Source: a virus (Duplodnaviria; Caudoviricetes). Taken from it: a DNA stretch of 64,000 bases. Numbering within the stretch: the first letter of the stretch is position 1; each line of letters begins with the position of its first letter. The translations under genes were made by a program, and so were the position numbers. This document shows positions 29,291 through 38,280 of the stretch, piece by piece. Under the pieces are notes generated by a model that was given only the letters and a program-made list of their open reading frames with translations, ran no database searches and was not told where the DNA came from. The stretch is from positions 1-64,000 of IMG/VR virus record IMGVR_UViG_2558860984_000001. One strand, written 5' to 3'.

Positions 29291-29325
29291 CCGGGTGCTC
29301 TTGGGGTGCTCTTGGGAGCACCCGG
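29291..29325. promoter_or_regulatory. Putative operator between the regulator and the lasso operon
   Basis: Inverted repeat CCGGGTGCTC/GAGCACCCGG plus direct repeat GGGTGCTCTTGG x2 with an 11-bp period. Confidence 0.55.
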
Positions 29326-29463
29326 ACCGCACCCGGTGTCCTGCTTCCCCCGCTCCGGGTGGTCGGAGACGGTGGTGGACATGCCCCGCCGCGACCCTCC
29401 CGGCCGGATGCCGGGAACCCACAGGCAAGCGGCGAAGACCCCCCTCACCTGGGAGGCAATCAG

Positions 29464-29640
29464 ATGATGGACGACGAGCAGACCCCCGTCACCACCCAGC
29501 CCGCCGCCGCGGACAACGCCGTCACCGAGCCGGGCAGCGGCGGCTTCGACCCGCAGATCAGCACCCACCCGGTGGCCGCGCTCACCCTGGGCCGTCAGAC
29601 GTTCAACGACTCGGACAAGTCGAACTATTTCGAGGGCTGA
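29464..29640 (+). CDS. Lasso peptide precursor (58 aa); predicted core GRQTFNDSDKSNYFEG
   Basis: GGAGG RBS 7 nt upstream; leader ..FDPQISTHPVAALTL with Thr at -2, Gly1, Asp7/Asp9; directly upstream of the cyclase. Confidence 0.85.
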   Translation: MMDDEQTPVTTQPAAADNAVTEPGSGGFDPQISTHPVAALTLGRQTFNDSDKSNYFEG

Positions 29641-29663
29641 CAGCCGGGACATCACCGAGTAAC

Positions 29664-29699
29664 CCCGGGGGCCGGCCGCTGCGGCGGGCGGCCCCCGGG
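29664..29699 (+). terminator. GC-rich hairpin after the precursor gene (attenuator/stabiliser)
   Basis: CCCGGGGGCCG / CGGCCCCCGGG arms. Confidence 0.55.
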
Positions 29700-29721
29700 C
29701 GCACGTCGCGGGAGGCGGCAG

Positions 29722-31470
29722 ATGGAACGGGAGTGGATAGCCGGCGGCACCGCCGCCGGGAACGGAACAGCCGTTGAAGGGCTCGACGGTGTGCGCCGGT
29801 CGCCGGCCGCGCGAGCCTGCGCGGCCGGGGAAGGGCCAGTCTGCCTCGCGGTAGTCGGCGACTGTCCGGTCACCGAACAGGAACTCCGCAGCGCCCTGCC
29901 GGCCGTGCAGGCGGGCCGGTGGGCCGAACTGACCCGGTGGCCCGGCTCGTACTGGGTGCTCGCAGCCAGCGGAGGACAGCAGTTCGTGTGCGGAGACCTC
30001 GCCGGCGTCCGCGCCGTCTACTACACGGCGCACGAGGAGGGGACGGCGTGGGCGACCGAGCCGGGCCTGCTCGGCCGCCCCCTCGTCCCAGACCTGCCGC
30101 ACGTGGCGGCGCGGCTGACGGCCGGGGAACACCACTGGCCGCACCGCAGCCCGTACGAGCGGGTCCGGCAGGTGCCGGGCGGGTCCGGGATGCTCGTGAC
30201 GCCCGGCGCGCCCCCGCAGCTCGTCGACGTCCGCCAGGTCGAGCCGGTCGGCGAACTCCGCGAGGGCGCTGAGGAGTTCGGCCGCGCGCTCACCGACGCC
30301 GTCGAGCACCGCGTGCGCGCGGCCGGCTCGGTGGTGGGGGCGGACCTCTCCGGCGGACTGGACTCCTCCGCGGCCGTCATCCTCGCCGCCGCGGCCGGTG
30401 AGGTGCACGCGGTGACGTACACCGACGGCTACACCAGCGCCGAGGACGCCGCGTACGCCGCCCGCACCGCCGAGCACACCGGCGTGCGCCACACGATCGC
30501 CGCCGGCGGCCTGACGCACCTTCCCTTCGGATTCGCGCCAGGGCAGCCGGTGTCCGCGGAGCCGGTCCCGGACGCCGCGATCTACGCCATGGACGCCGCG
30601 TACCTGAAGCCGGTGCGCGGCCTGCCGCTGCACCTGACGGGGCACGGCGGGGACATCGTCCTCGACGCCTCCAGCTCGTGCTGGGTGCGCCTGGTGCAGG
30701 ACGGCGGGTGGCGAGAGGCCCGCCGCCAGGTCGTGGCGGTCGCCCGTCTCCGCAACACCGACCCCGGGCCCTACTGGAAGGCGTTGAAGGAGACCGCGCG
30801 CCTGGGCCGTTCCAGATCCCTGCGCCGAGCGGCCGACGCCCTAGAGCGCGGGCCCGTGACCGCGGACCCGGCCGCGGCGGGCTGGTCGTGGTGCCGCCTG
30901 GGGGCCGCAGCGTCGTGGCTGACGGGGGAGGGCCGCCAGCAGGTCGCCGTGCAGCTGCGGCAAGCTGCCGCTGACCGGCAGCCGGAACTGGCCGACGAGT
31001 TCGAGCAGTGGGCCGCCCTCCGCTCTGCCGGCGCATCCGCCCGTGGCTGGGCCCCGTACGCCGCGGCTCTCGGCGTGACCCCGGTGTACCCGTACCTCGA
31101 CAACGAGGTCGTCCGCGCCGCGTTCGCCGTCCCGGCGCTCGCCCGCCGCGGGGTGATCACGTACAAGCCGCTGCTGCCCGCCGCGCTGCCGCAGTTGCCC
31201 CGGTGGCTGACCTCCCGGCGCTCGAAGGGCTCGTTCACCCCGCAGCGCATCGCCGGCCTCGCCCGCCACCGCGCCCGTCTCGACGAGCTGATCACGGCGA
31301 GTCCGCTCGTCGCCGCAGGGCTGATCGACGCCGCGGCCGTGAGCGCATCGCTCGCCCAGGCGGCCCGCGGCCAGAGCGCCACGGACATCGCCGACCTGCA
31401 CCAGCTGCTCGTCACCTGCTGGTGGCTCACCGGCCAGCCGGCGGCCGCGGGGAAGGAGGCGCTGTGCTGA
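29722..31470 (+). CDS. Lasso macrolactam cyclase (asparagine synthase-like, C protein)
   Basis: GDLAG.R.VYY, DLSGGLDSS, LTGHGGD, PYLDNEV, YKPLL, RRSKG. Confidence 0.93.
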   Translation: MEREWIAGGTAAGNGTAVEGLDGVRRSPAARACAAGEGPVCLAVVGDCPVTEQELRSALPAVQAGRWAELTRWPGSYWVLAASGGQQFVCGDLAGVRAVYYTAHEEGTAWATEPGLLGRPLVPDLPHVAARLTAGEHHWPHRSPYERVRQVPGGSGMLVTPGAPPQLVDVRQVEPVGELREGAEEFGRALTDAVEHRVRAAGSVVGADLSGGLDSSAAVILAAAAGEVHAVTYTDGYTSAEDAAYAARTAEHTGVRHTIAAGGLTHLPFGFAPGQPVSAEPVPDAAIYAMDAAYLKPVRGLPLHLTGHGGDIVLDASSSCWVRLVQDGGWREARRQVVAVARLRNTDPGPYWKALKETARLGRSRSLRRAADALERGPVTADPAAAGWSWCRLGAAASWLTGEGRQQVAVQLRQAAADRQPELADEFEQWAALRSAGASARGWAPYAAALGVTPVYPYLDNEVVRAAFAVPALARRGVITYKPLLPAALPQLPRWLTSRRSKGSFTPQRIAGLARHRARLDELITASPLVAAGLIDAAAVSASLAQAARGQSATDIADLHQLLVTCWWLTGQPAAAGKEALC

Positions 31471-31757
31471 CCCCCGCACCGCACATCCGCTACGCCACCG
31501 CCCAGCACGGCACCGCGGTCCTCGACATCCGGCACGGGACGTGGATCATGCTCGGCCCTCACGCCTCGCAGGTCTGGCGTGCGGTCACCGCCCGCGGCGG
31601 CACGGACGGGCTCGCCGACGAGATCGCCGTTCCCACCGGCCAGGACCCGGCCGCGGTCGACGGGCACATCACCGAGTTCGTCACCGAGCTGGTCGACGCT
31701 GGCGTACTCGTCGACGCCGACCGCCCGGCCCCGCGCAGACGGAGGTGGTGGCGGTGA
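31464..31757 (+). CDS. Lasso RRE / PqqD-family B1 protein
   Basis: GTAVLDIRHG.W..L...ASQVW..FVTELVDAGVL. Confidence 0.88.
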   Translation: MLTPAPHIRYATAQHGTAVLDIRHGTWIMLGPHASQVWRAVTARGGTDGLADEIAVPTGQDPAAVDGHITEFVTELVDAGVLVDADRPAPRRRRWWR

Positions 31758-32170
31758 CGGTCATGGTTCCCGGCGCCCGGCCCACCGCGACCCGCAGCGA
31801 CCGGATCGTCGCGGCCGCCGCGCTCGTCCTCTCCCTGGCGCTGGGCCAGCTGCCGCTGCGCTGGCGGATCGCCGCCGTGCGGCTGGTGCGCGGCCTGCCG
31901 CACGCCCGCCTGGCCCGTCTCGAAGCCTTGCACGCCGCCGTCCTCGCCGTGGCCCCCGTGTGGTGGCCGGGCCGCATCGCCTGCCTGGAGACCAGCCTCG
32001 CCACCGTCATCGCGGCCGCCATGACCGGCCGCCGGGCCCACTGGGTGCTCGGCGCCCGGTTCCTGCCCGACGGCGCGCACGCCTGGGCCGAAGTCCCCGA
32101 AGGCGCTGTGGGCCGGGACGAGGGCGACGCCGTGGACCGGCCGTGGCTGCCCGTCCTCACCGTGCCGTAG
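31754..32170 (+). CDS. Lasso leader peptidase B2 (transglutaminase-like)
   Basis: ACLETSLA (Cys) and AHAWAE (His). Confidence 0.88.
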   Translation: MTVMVPGARPTATRSDRIVAAAALVLSLALGQLPLRWRIAAVRLVRGLPHARLARLEALHAAVLAVAPVWWPGRIACLETSLATVIAAAMTGRRAHWVLGARFLPDGAHAWAEVPEGAVGRDEGDAVDRPWLPVLTVP

Positions 32171-32280
32171 CCCGCGGAACCGCCGCGGCCCCGAGGGGCG
32201 GTGCAGCCCCCCGCCACCCCCCGGGGCCTGACTCACCCGAACGGGTGAATGACGGGGCGCATGGCTGACGACGGTGGGCC

Positions 32281-34239
32281 GTGACCGGCAGCGATCCGCA
32301 AGACCCGGAACAAATCCGTTGTCCGGCTCAGGGCCCGGCCGCCTTGATGGGGGCCGTGACTACCTCCGCATCCCCGCCGGCGGCCGCCGGCGCGGGCCAG
32401 CCGCCCGTGATGCGCCTGGCCTCCGACCCGCACCTCACCTCGAACGTCACCATGTCCACGTGGGCGATAGCACGCCGCCTGCCCCGCACGCTCGCCGCCG
32501 CGGCACGCCTCGCGTGGCGCACCGACCGCCGCGCGGCCCTGGCCCTGCTCGGCTGCCAGATCGGCGCCGCCGTCCTCACCGCGACCGCCCTCGCAGCCAC
32601 CACCCGCGTGCTGGCCGCGGTGTTCACCGGCGGCGACATCGCCGCCGGGCTGCGCGACAACCTGACGGCAGTCCTCATCCTCACCGCCGCCGGGGGCGGC
32701 CGCTACCTCCTCGACGCCGCCGCCCGCGCCGCCGCGGCCCAGCTCGCGCCGAAGGCCGTACGCGAAGCCGACCTCGCGGTCATCACCGCCGCCACCGCCG
32801 CCGAGCTGGTCGCCTACGAGGACCCCGCCTTCGAAGACGCCCACGCCGCCGCCTCCGACGGGGCGGACAAGACCGGCGACCTCATCGTCGAAGGCCAGCT
32901 GCTGACGTCCGCCGCCGCCCAGCTCGCCGCCGCCGCGACGGTCGTCACCGTGCTGCACCCGGTGCTGCTGCCGCTCCTCGTCGCATCCGTCATCCCCTGT
33001 GCGTGGGGCGCCGTACGCGGCGCGCGCATCGAGCACGCCGCGCACCACCGCAACCTCGGCGACTCCCGGCTGCGCAGCGTCTTCCGCTCCTACACCACCG
33101 AGCGGAACACCGCCGACGAAGTGCGCGCCGGCACGATGGCCGGATTCCTCACCCGGCAGTACCGGATCGTGTCCGGCCGCCTGGAGGCCGAGCAGCTCGC
33201 CGCCACCCGGCAGGCCCTGCTCGTGCAGGGCGCTGGCGACGCCCTCACCGCCGTCGGGACCCTCGCCACCTGGACCACGCTCGTGCTCCTGGTGTCCGCC
33301 GGCCGCATGGAACTCGCCGCCGCCGGGACCGCCGCGCTCGCCGTGCGGGCTTCCGGCGCCGCGCTCACCACGACGGTCTGGGCCGGCGCCCGGCTGTTCC
33401 GCACCTCACTGTCCCTCGACGACTGGACCCGGTTCCTTGCCGTGGCCGAGGAGTGGACCGCCCGCCGCGGCACTGCCGCCGTCGCAGACGACGGCCCGCA
33501 CATCATCGCCGCCCACGGCGTCTCCTTCACCTACCCCGGCGCCGCCCGGCCCGCGCTCGACGACATCGACCTCGACCTCAAGCGCGGCGAAGTCATCGCC
33601 CTCGTCGGCGAGAACGGCGCAGGCAAAAGCACCCTCGCCCGCATCCTCACCGGCCTGTACCTCCCCACCACCGGCACCGTGCGATGGGACGGCGTCGACC
33701 TCGCGGAAGCGGACCCCGCCACCGTGCTGTCCAAGGTCGCGCTCGTCCCCCAGGACTACACCCGGTGGCCGCTGGCCGCCCGCGAGAACATCACCCTCGG
33801 TCAGCCCCGCCCCGAAGGCGACACCGCCGTGCACGCCGCTGCCGAAGCCGCCGGCGCCGACAGTGTCATCGCCGACCTGCCGAACGGTCTGGGTACCTCC
33901 CTGGCTCGCTCCTGGTGGGGCGGCCACGACCTGTCCGGCGGGCAGTGGCAACGCATCGCCGTCGCGCGAGCCTTCCACCGCGACGCACCCGTTCTCGTCA
34001 TGGACGAGCCCACCGCAGCGCTCGACGCCCGCGCAGAGCACCGCATCTACACCCGACTCAAGGCGCTGGCCGCCGGCCGCGCCGCCGTCTTCATCACCCA
34101 TCGGCTCGCCAACACCCGCCTCGCCGACCGCATCATCGTCCTGGACCACGGCCGCGTATCCGAAGCGGGAACCTACGACGAGCTGATGGACCAGGCCGGG
34201 GACTTTGCAGAGATGGTGAAGCTCCAGGAGGACAGGTAG
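32281..34239 (+). CDS. ABC exporter (TMD + NBD)
   Basis: GENGAGKST, LSGGQWQR, VMDEP, ITHR; exact start uncertain. Confidence 0.93.
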   Translation: MTGSDPQDPEQIRCPAQGPAALMGAVTTSASPPAAAGAGQPPVMRLASDPHLTSNVTMSTWAIARRLPRTLAAAARLAWRTDRRAALALLGCQIGAAVLTATALAATTRVLAAVFTGGDIAAGLRDNLTAVLILTAAGGGRYLLDAAARAAAAQLAPKAVREADLAVITAATAAELVAYEDPAFEDAHAAASDGADKTGDLIVEGQLLTSAAAQLAAAATVVTVLHPVLLPLLVASVIPCAWGAVRGARIEHAAHHRNLGDSRLRSVFRSYTTERNTADEVRAGTMAGFLTRQYRIVSGRLEAEQLAATRQALLVQGAGDALTAVGTLATWTTLVLLVSAGRMELAAAGTAALAVRASGAALTTTVWAGARLFRTSLSLDDWTRFLAVAEEWTARRGTAAVADDGPHIIAAHGVSFTYPGAARPALDDIDLDLKRGEVIALVGENGAGKSTLARILTGLYLPTTGTVRWDGVDLAEADPATVLSKVALVPQDYTRWPLAARENITLGQPRPEGDTAVHAAAEAAGADSVIADLPNGLGTSLARSWWGGHDLSGGQWQRIAVARAFHRDAPVLVMDEPTAALDARAEHRIYTRLKALAAGRAAVFITHRLANTRLADRIIVLDHGRVSEAGTYDELMDQAGDFAEMVKLQEDR

Positions 34240-34454
34240 CCCTTCGTCCGCGCATGGGCCCGCCATGAGCATGCCGCGCGTGTCGACGGGCTGGCTGGCT
34301 CAGAACGCCGCTTCCGTGGTGGCCACGGGGTGGCAGCTTGGACAGCGGCTGATGTGCGGGCTGCCGCCGCGGTCTGTCTCGACCTGCCGTGTCGACTCCT
34401 CGCACGCGCCGCACCACGGCGCGGTCGGCGTCCTCTGGGCTGGGTGTTGCTTCT

Positions 34455-34495
34455 CCCTAGAAAGGTGTCACAATAGGTGTGACACCTTTCTAGGG
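34455..34495. promoter_or_regulatory. Perfect 18-bp inverted repeat with 5-nt spacer
   Basis: CCCTAGAAAGGTGTCACA-ATAGG-TGTGACACCTTTCTAGGG, just before the ATG at 34502. Confidence 0.8.
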
Positions 34496-34501
34496 GGGCT
34501 A

Positions 34502-35431
34502 ATGCCGACCGATGACCTGATCACCCGCATTCCTGACGACGCCACCCGTATCCGCACCCACCTGGGGTGGTACGTGGAACCGGTCAGTGCCCGCCGCGCC
34601 ATGGAGCGCTACCCCGGTATCCGGCTGAACCCGGTGACCTGCGAAAGCGGACCCGTCCTACTCCACGTCAGCAACGTGGACCGCAACCGCCTGATGGGCT
34701 TGGCCCCCGGCCGCCTCAAGGTGTGGTCGGACGGCCTCCTCACCACCCGCGAGCTTCACCTTCCCGCCGATATCCACCCGGTTCCCGCCGATATCCTCCC
34801 GGACAGACAGGCTGCAGAGGACTGGTGCGCTCAATATGAAGCTTTCACCGCCACCGAGCGCCTGCTGAACCGGATCAAACGCGCCGCCAACGACGAGCTG
34901 ACGCCGCGGCTGTGGATGCCCTGGCGGGACGCCACCGGCTGGAACGAAGAGGAGACGGACCGGCGCACCACACGGCGCGCGCTGGCCGCCGATATCCAGG
35001 CAATCCGCCGACTGACCCTCATCCGCCACACAGTCGACCAGGCCGACGGCACGCCAGCCACCGTCTGGGAGGTCGTCTTCCTGGTGAAGGCGGTTGAGGG
35101 CGCCGCTGAGCACGGCATCCGCTTCGGCCAGCGCCGGTGGCTCTTCACCGAGGAAACCCGTGCACGCGCCCGCCTGGCGGACCTGGACACCGACGTCCCT
35201 CCGCTGGTCACCATGGCAGAAAGCGCCGCGCTGCTGAACACCACCCGGGACGCGCTCGCCCAGGCCCACTCCCGCGCCAAGCAGCGGCACCACGAGAACC
35301 CCTTCTTGTACGACCTGCCGCCGGTGCCCCTGGTGACCACCGGGCGCACCAACTGGTACGAGCCGCACGAACTCGCCACCTTCTGGCGACAGCGTCCCGG
35401 CCACGGGCCCGGACGCGGCCACACCTCCTAA
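34502..35431 (+). CDS. Hypothetical protein with C-terminal AlpA/Xis-like HTH
   Basis: VTMAESAALLNTTRDAL..P.P...GRTNWY. Confidence 0.6.
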   Translation: MPTDDLITRIPDDATRIRTHLGWYVEPVSARRAMERYPGIRLNPVTCESGPVLLHVSNVDRNRLMGLAPGRLKVWSDGLLTTRELHLPADIHPVPADILPDRQAAEDWCAQYEAFTATERLLNRIKRAANDELTPRLWMPWRDATGWNEEETDRRTTRRALAADIQAIRRLTLIRHTVDQADGTPATVWEVVFLVKAVEGAAEHGIRFGQRRWLFTEETRARARLADLDTDVPPLVTMAESAALLNTTRDALAQAHSRAKQRHHENPFLYDLPPVPLVTTGRTNWYEPHELATFWRQRPGHGPGRGHTS

Positions 35432-35818
35432 CTCTGGGACGAAGCGAATTACATGGGGGCCGTCGTGCTCGTCGCCACGCGCGGCCGGGGCCGGGGCCGG
35501 CACCACGGTGGCCTGCGGCTCGTGGTCGAGGTCATGCTGCGCCTGGTCCTCCACGTCCGGCCCGTGGTCGACGTCGCCGCGCTGGAGGTCGAGGATGCGG
35601 CGGCAGCGGTCGAGGATCCGTTCCGGCCGGCCGTCCGCGCGGCGCAGCTCGGGGTGGCCGGCGGCGGCCTCTTGGCGGTCCGGCTCGACGGCGGCGACGG
35701 CGTCGTGCTCCTCGGGCGCCGCCGGCGGCGGAGGGCTCCCGTCGTGAGGTGAACGTCTGGGACCCGGGTGGCGGGATGGGCATTGGTGCACCGGTCTCCC
35801 TGCTGGGGGCCATACTCA

Positions 35819-37099
35819 TCAGCAGTTGATGATCATGTTGCTGCCGCTGCTGTACTCCTTCATCAGCGCCGTGTCGACGAACTGGTCGGTGTAGAGCCTG
35901 CGGGCAGCCGGCTCGCCCATGTTCTCGATGGCGGCCAGGACCAGCCCCGGGTCTGCGGCGGCGGCTGAGCGGAGATCGATCACCTCTTCATGGGTCAGCT
36001 GCTCGACGTCGATGGTGTCGTTCTCGCCGTGCACGGTGGCGTATCCGTTGCTGGCGATCTGCTGGGCCAGTTCGGTCCGGGCCTGCCGGAATGCCTCGTT
36101 GGGCTCGGTCGGTGCGGCAGGCGGACGCCTATGGGTGCGGCGGCGCAGCTCGGCGGTGATGAAGGCGGCAGGGCGGGCCGGGCGCCAGCCCAGCCACCAC
36201 GAGGTGAGTTCGGCGGCGATGTCGTGGGCGTCGAGACCGCGGTCGATGAGGGGGCGGAACGCGAACGCGAGGCGCCGCAGGCCCTCGTGCTGCGTCCAGC
36301 CGACGAGCGGACGCACCCGGCGGGCCACGGCGATGTCCCGGGCTACCTGAACCGGTGACCGGCGTGGCCTGCTCGGGGTGGTCAAGGGGGGTGTTGTGCG
36401 GCGCCGCGCGTGCGCGGTGTCTTTCAACCCACCTCCCAACTGATCTCTACGGATACTGGGGTGAGTACTACGAGAATGGGGCTCACGACCCTGTGAACTG
36501 GTGCTTCCCGCAGCCGAGTTGGTCACGGGCCGGGCCGCGGCCGTGCGGGCATCCCGCGCTGCACGAGCGGCGCGGACGGCTCGTTCCCGGCCGGCCTGGG
36601 TGACGCCGACGACCCGCGCGTCGTAGCCGGTGCCGGACAGCCGGTTGCCCATCGCCTCGTCGAACACGGGCGGGATCACCGCGGCGTACACCGTCGCCGT
36701 GCCGGCGTACTTCCGGCCGGGCAGGTGCAGGTTCGCGCGGGAGCCGTGCCGCCACCACGCCAGCGCACCAAGCTCACGAAGCACCCGGACGTGCCGCTTC
36801 ACCGTCGCCCGGGACACGTCGAGGCGCGCTGCGGTGCCGTCGAGGTCGTACAGCACCAGGCCACGCCGGTAGTCCATCCGGCGCGCCAGATCCGCGGCCA
36901 CCGCCGCCGTGGTGGCGTTGGCACGCGGGTGCAGCCCGGCACCGAGCAGACAGCCGACGACACGCAGCCACGGGCGTGGCTCCACGCGGCGCGAACGGGT
37001 GGCCGCAGCCTCCTGGAGCGGGCGAGGCACCAAGGGCTGGGGGGTTTTGAGGCAGGGGGTATCTGCGCAGCACGAAGCCGCGCCCAGGCGGTGGCGCAA
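35819..37099 (-). CDS. wHTH protein, possibly a plasmid-type replication initiator
   Basis: TAARLDVSRATVKRHVRVLRELGAL; function inferred. Confidence 0.6.
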   Translation of the reverse strand: MRHRLGAASCCADTPCLKTPQPLVPRPLQEAAATRSRRVEPRPWLRVVGCLLGAGLHPRANATTAAVAADLARRMDYRRGLVLYDLDGTAARLDVSRATVKRHVRVLRELGALAWWRHGSRANLHLPGRKYAGTATVYAAVIPPVFDEAMGNRLSGTGYDARVVGVTQAGRERAVRAARAARDARTAAARPVTNSAAGSTSSQGREPHSRSTHPSIRRDQLGGGLKDTAHARRRTTPPLTTPSRPRRSPVQVARDIAVARRVRPLVGWTQHEGLRRLAFAFRPLIDRGLDAHDIAAELTSWWLGWRPARPAAFITAELRRRTHRRPPAAPTEPNEAFRQARTELAQQIASNGYATVHGENDTIDVEQLTHEEVIDLRSAAAADPGLVLAAIENMGEPAARRLYTDQFVDTALMKEYSSGSNMIINC

Positions 37100-37181
37100 G
37101 GTGAGAGCTGTCTCCCGGGATCAGGCGGGCGGGCCCATGCCTGCGGCGCGTGGTCCGCCCGTAACGTTCAGGCGGCCGGCA

Positions 37182-37619
37182 CTATCCGGCGTTGAGCACG
37201 AGCGGCGCAGCGGGGAATGCTGGGATGGCGGGTACGGCCTGGCGGTACGACGGGACGAGGCAGGGCGCCTCGGGCTGGATCACGAAGCTGCTGTCGATCT
37301 CGTCGGCGACGTCATCGAGCATGGCGTGCAGGTCACCACGCACGTACGGGTCCGGCTCCAGCTCGGCGCGGCGGCGGCCATCGGCCAGGGCCTGCCGCAG
37401 AAGAGCGGCCTGGTCTGCCTCAGTCAGGTATGGCTCGGCGGCCCGAGCAGCGAGGTCGACAAGGTCGAGCATCCGGTAGCGAGCCGACGGCAGCGGCTCC
37501 AGCAGCGCATCGGCGCGCAGGTCAGCCAGGACCTCCCGCACCCGCGCGGTGCGCTCCTCGACCGACATGGTGACGCGAGTCTCACTGGTGACCATGGACA
37601 GGCCAGCGGTACCGTGCAT
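37182..37619 (-). CDS. Hypothetical protein
   Basis: GC3-biased ORF co-oriented with its neighbours. Confidence 0.55.
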   Translation of the reverse strand: MHGTAGLSMVTSETRVTMSVEERTARVREVLADLRADALLEPLPSARYRMLDLVDLAARAAEPYLTEADQAALLRQALADGRRRAELEPDPYVRGDLHAMLDDVADEIDSSFVIQPEAPCLVPSYRQAVPAIPAFPAAPLVLNAG

Positions 37620-37718
37620 GACGAGATCTCACTCTCTTGCGATGGTGGGTTTCTTGATCAGCGAGGTGCGAACTCGCTGGTTCTTCGGCCGGGCGGCTCC
37701 TACACCGCTCGGCCGTTC

Positions 37719-38045
37719 TCATTCGGCCGGCTTCTGGGCGGCCTTCTTCCTCGGGCGCTTACTGCCCGACCCGGAGTACCCCCGCTCGATGTCCTGCACG
37801 GTCCCAATCGAGACCCCGAGGCTCGCGGCGATCTCTCGGTACGTCACCTTCTTCGCCCGCAGGTCCAGAACCACCTTCCGACGCTGCTCCTTCAGGCGTT
37901 TGGTGCGCTCCGTCTGATCACGGAGGAGTCGGCTGATGACCTGCGCCTTTTCTAGTGACTCGTCCATCGCTTCGACGGCATCCAGAGCATCAAAGACACG
38001 TTGCGCCTCCTCCTCGATCGGCCCCTTTGGCTCCTGCTCGGCCAT
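37719..38045 (-). CDS. Small HTH repressor
   Basis: TYREIAASLGVSIGTVQDIERG; AAGGA upstream. Confidence 0.8.
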   Translation of the reverse strand: MAEQEPKGPIEEEAQRVFDALDAVEAMDESLEKAQVISRLLRDQTERTKRLKEQRRKVVLDLRAKKVTYREIAASLGVSIGTVQDIERGYSGSGSKRPRKKAAQKPAE

Positions 38046-38070
38046 CCCGTTCCTTCGGATCGGGCGTGCC

Positions 38071-38113
38071 GCTTGACTCTGATTATGGGGGTCCCATAAA
38101 TTGGGAGTCAAGC
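38071..38113. promoter_or_regulatory. Overlapping divergent promoters with a central palindromic operator
   Basis: TTGACT on both strands, each with an 18-nt spacer to TAAATT or CATAAT; operator TTATGGG-GGT-CCCATAA. Confidence 0.7.
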
Positions 38114-38133
38114 AGCAACGCTGCTCAGCACAA

Positions 38134-38280
38134 AGCCCCGGCTCGCGGTCGGACGCGGCGCCGGGGCTGCTGAAAGCGGCAGGGCCCGGTGGTCGGACAC
38201 CGGACCCAGCCTCAACCCCGGACCACGGTCGGACGTGGGCCGGGCCAGCCAACCGCCTGAGCTACCAGGAGGCTGACCAG
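38134..38280 (+). other. Structured leader: three hairpins with an identical GGTCGGAC apex plus an RBS-sequestering hairpin
   Basis: GGTCGGAC at 38147, 38191, 38227, each within a different complementary stem. Confidence 0.7.

Noticed and set aside
29359-29463. Longer 93-aa version of the lasso precursor given in the ORF track
   Set aside because: A strong GGAGG positions the start at 29464; the upstream part overlaps the promoter region.
29722-31470. Ordinary asparagine synthetase
   Set aside because: It lacks the N-terminal catalytic Cys and is flanked by a precursor, RRE and B2 peptidase.
34658-35819. Gene between the convergent ORFs at 35431 and 35819
   Set aside because: The candidate minus-strand frame starting at 35791 runs antisense through most of 34502-35431. 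I could not decide on a real frame; it may be a remnant.
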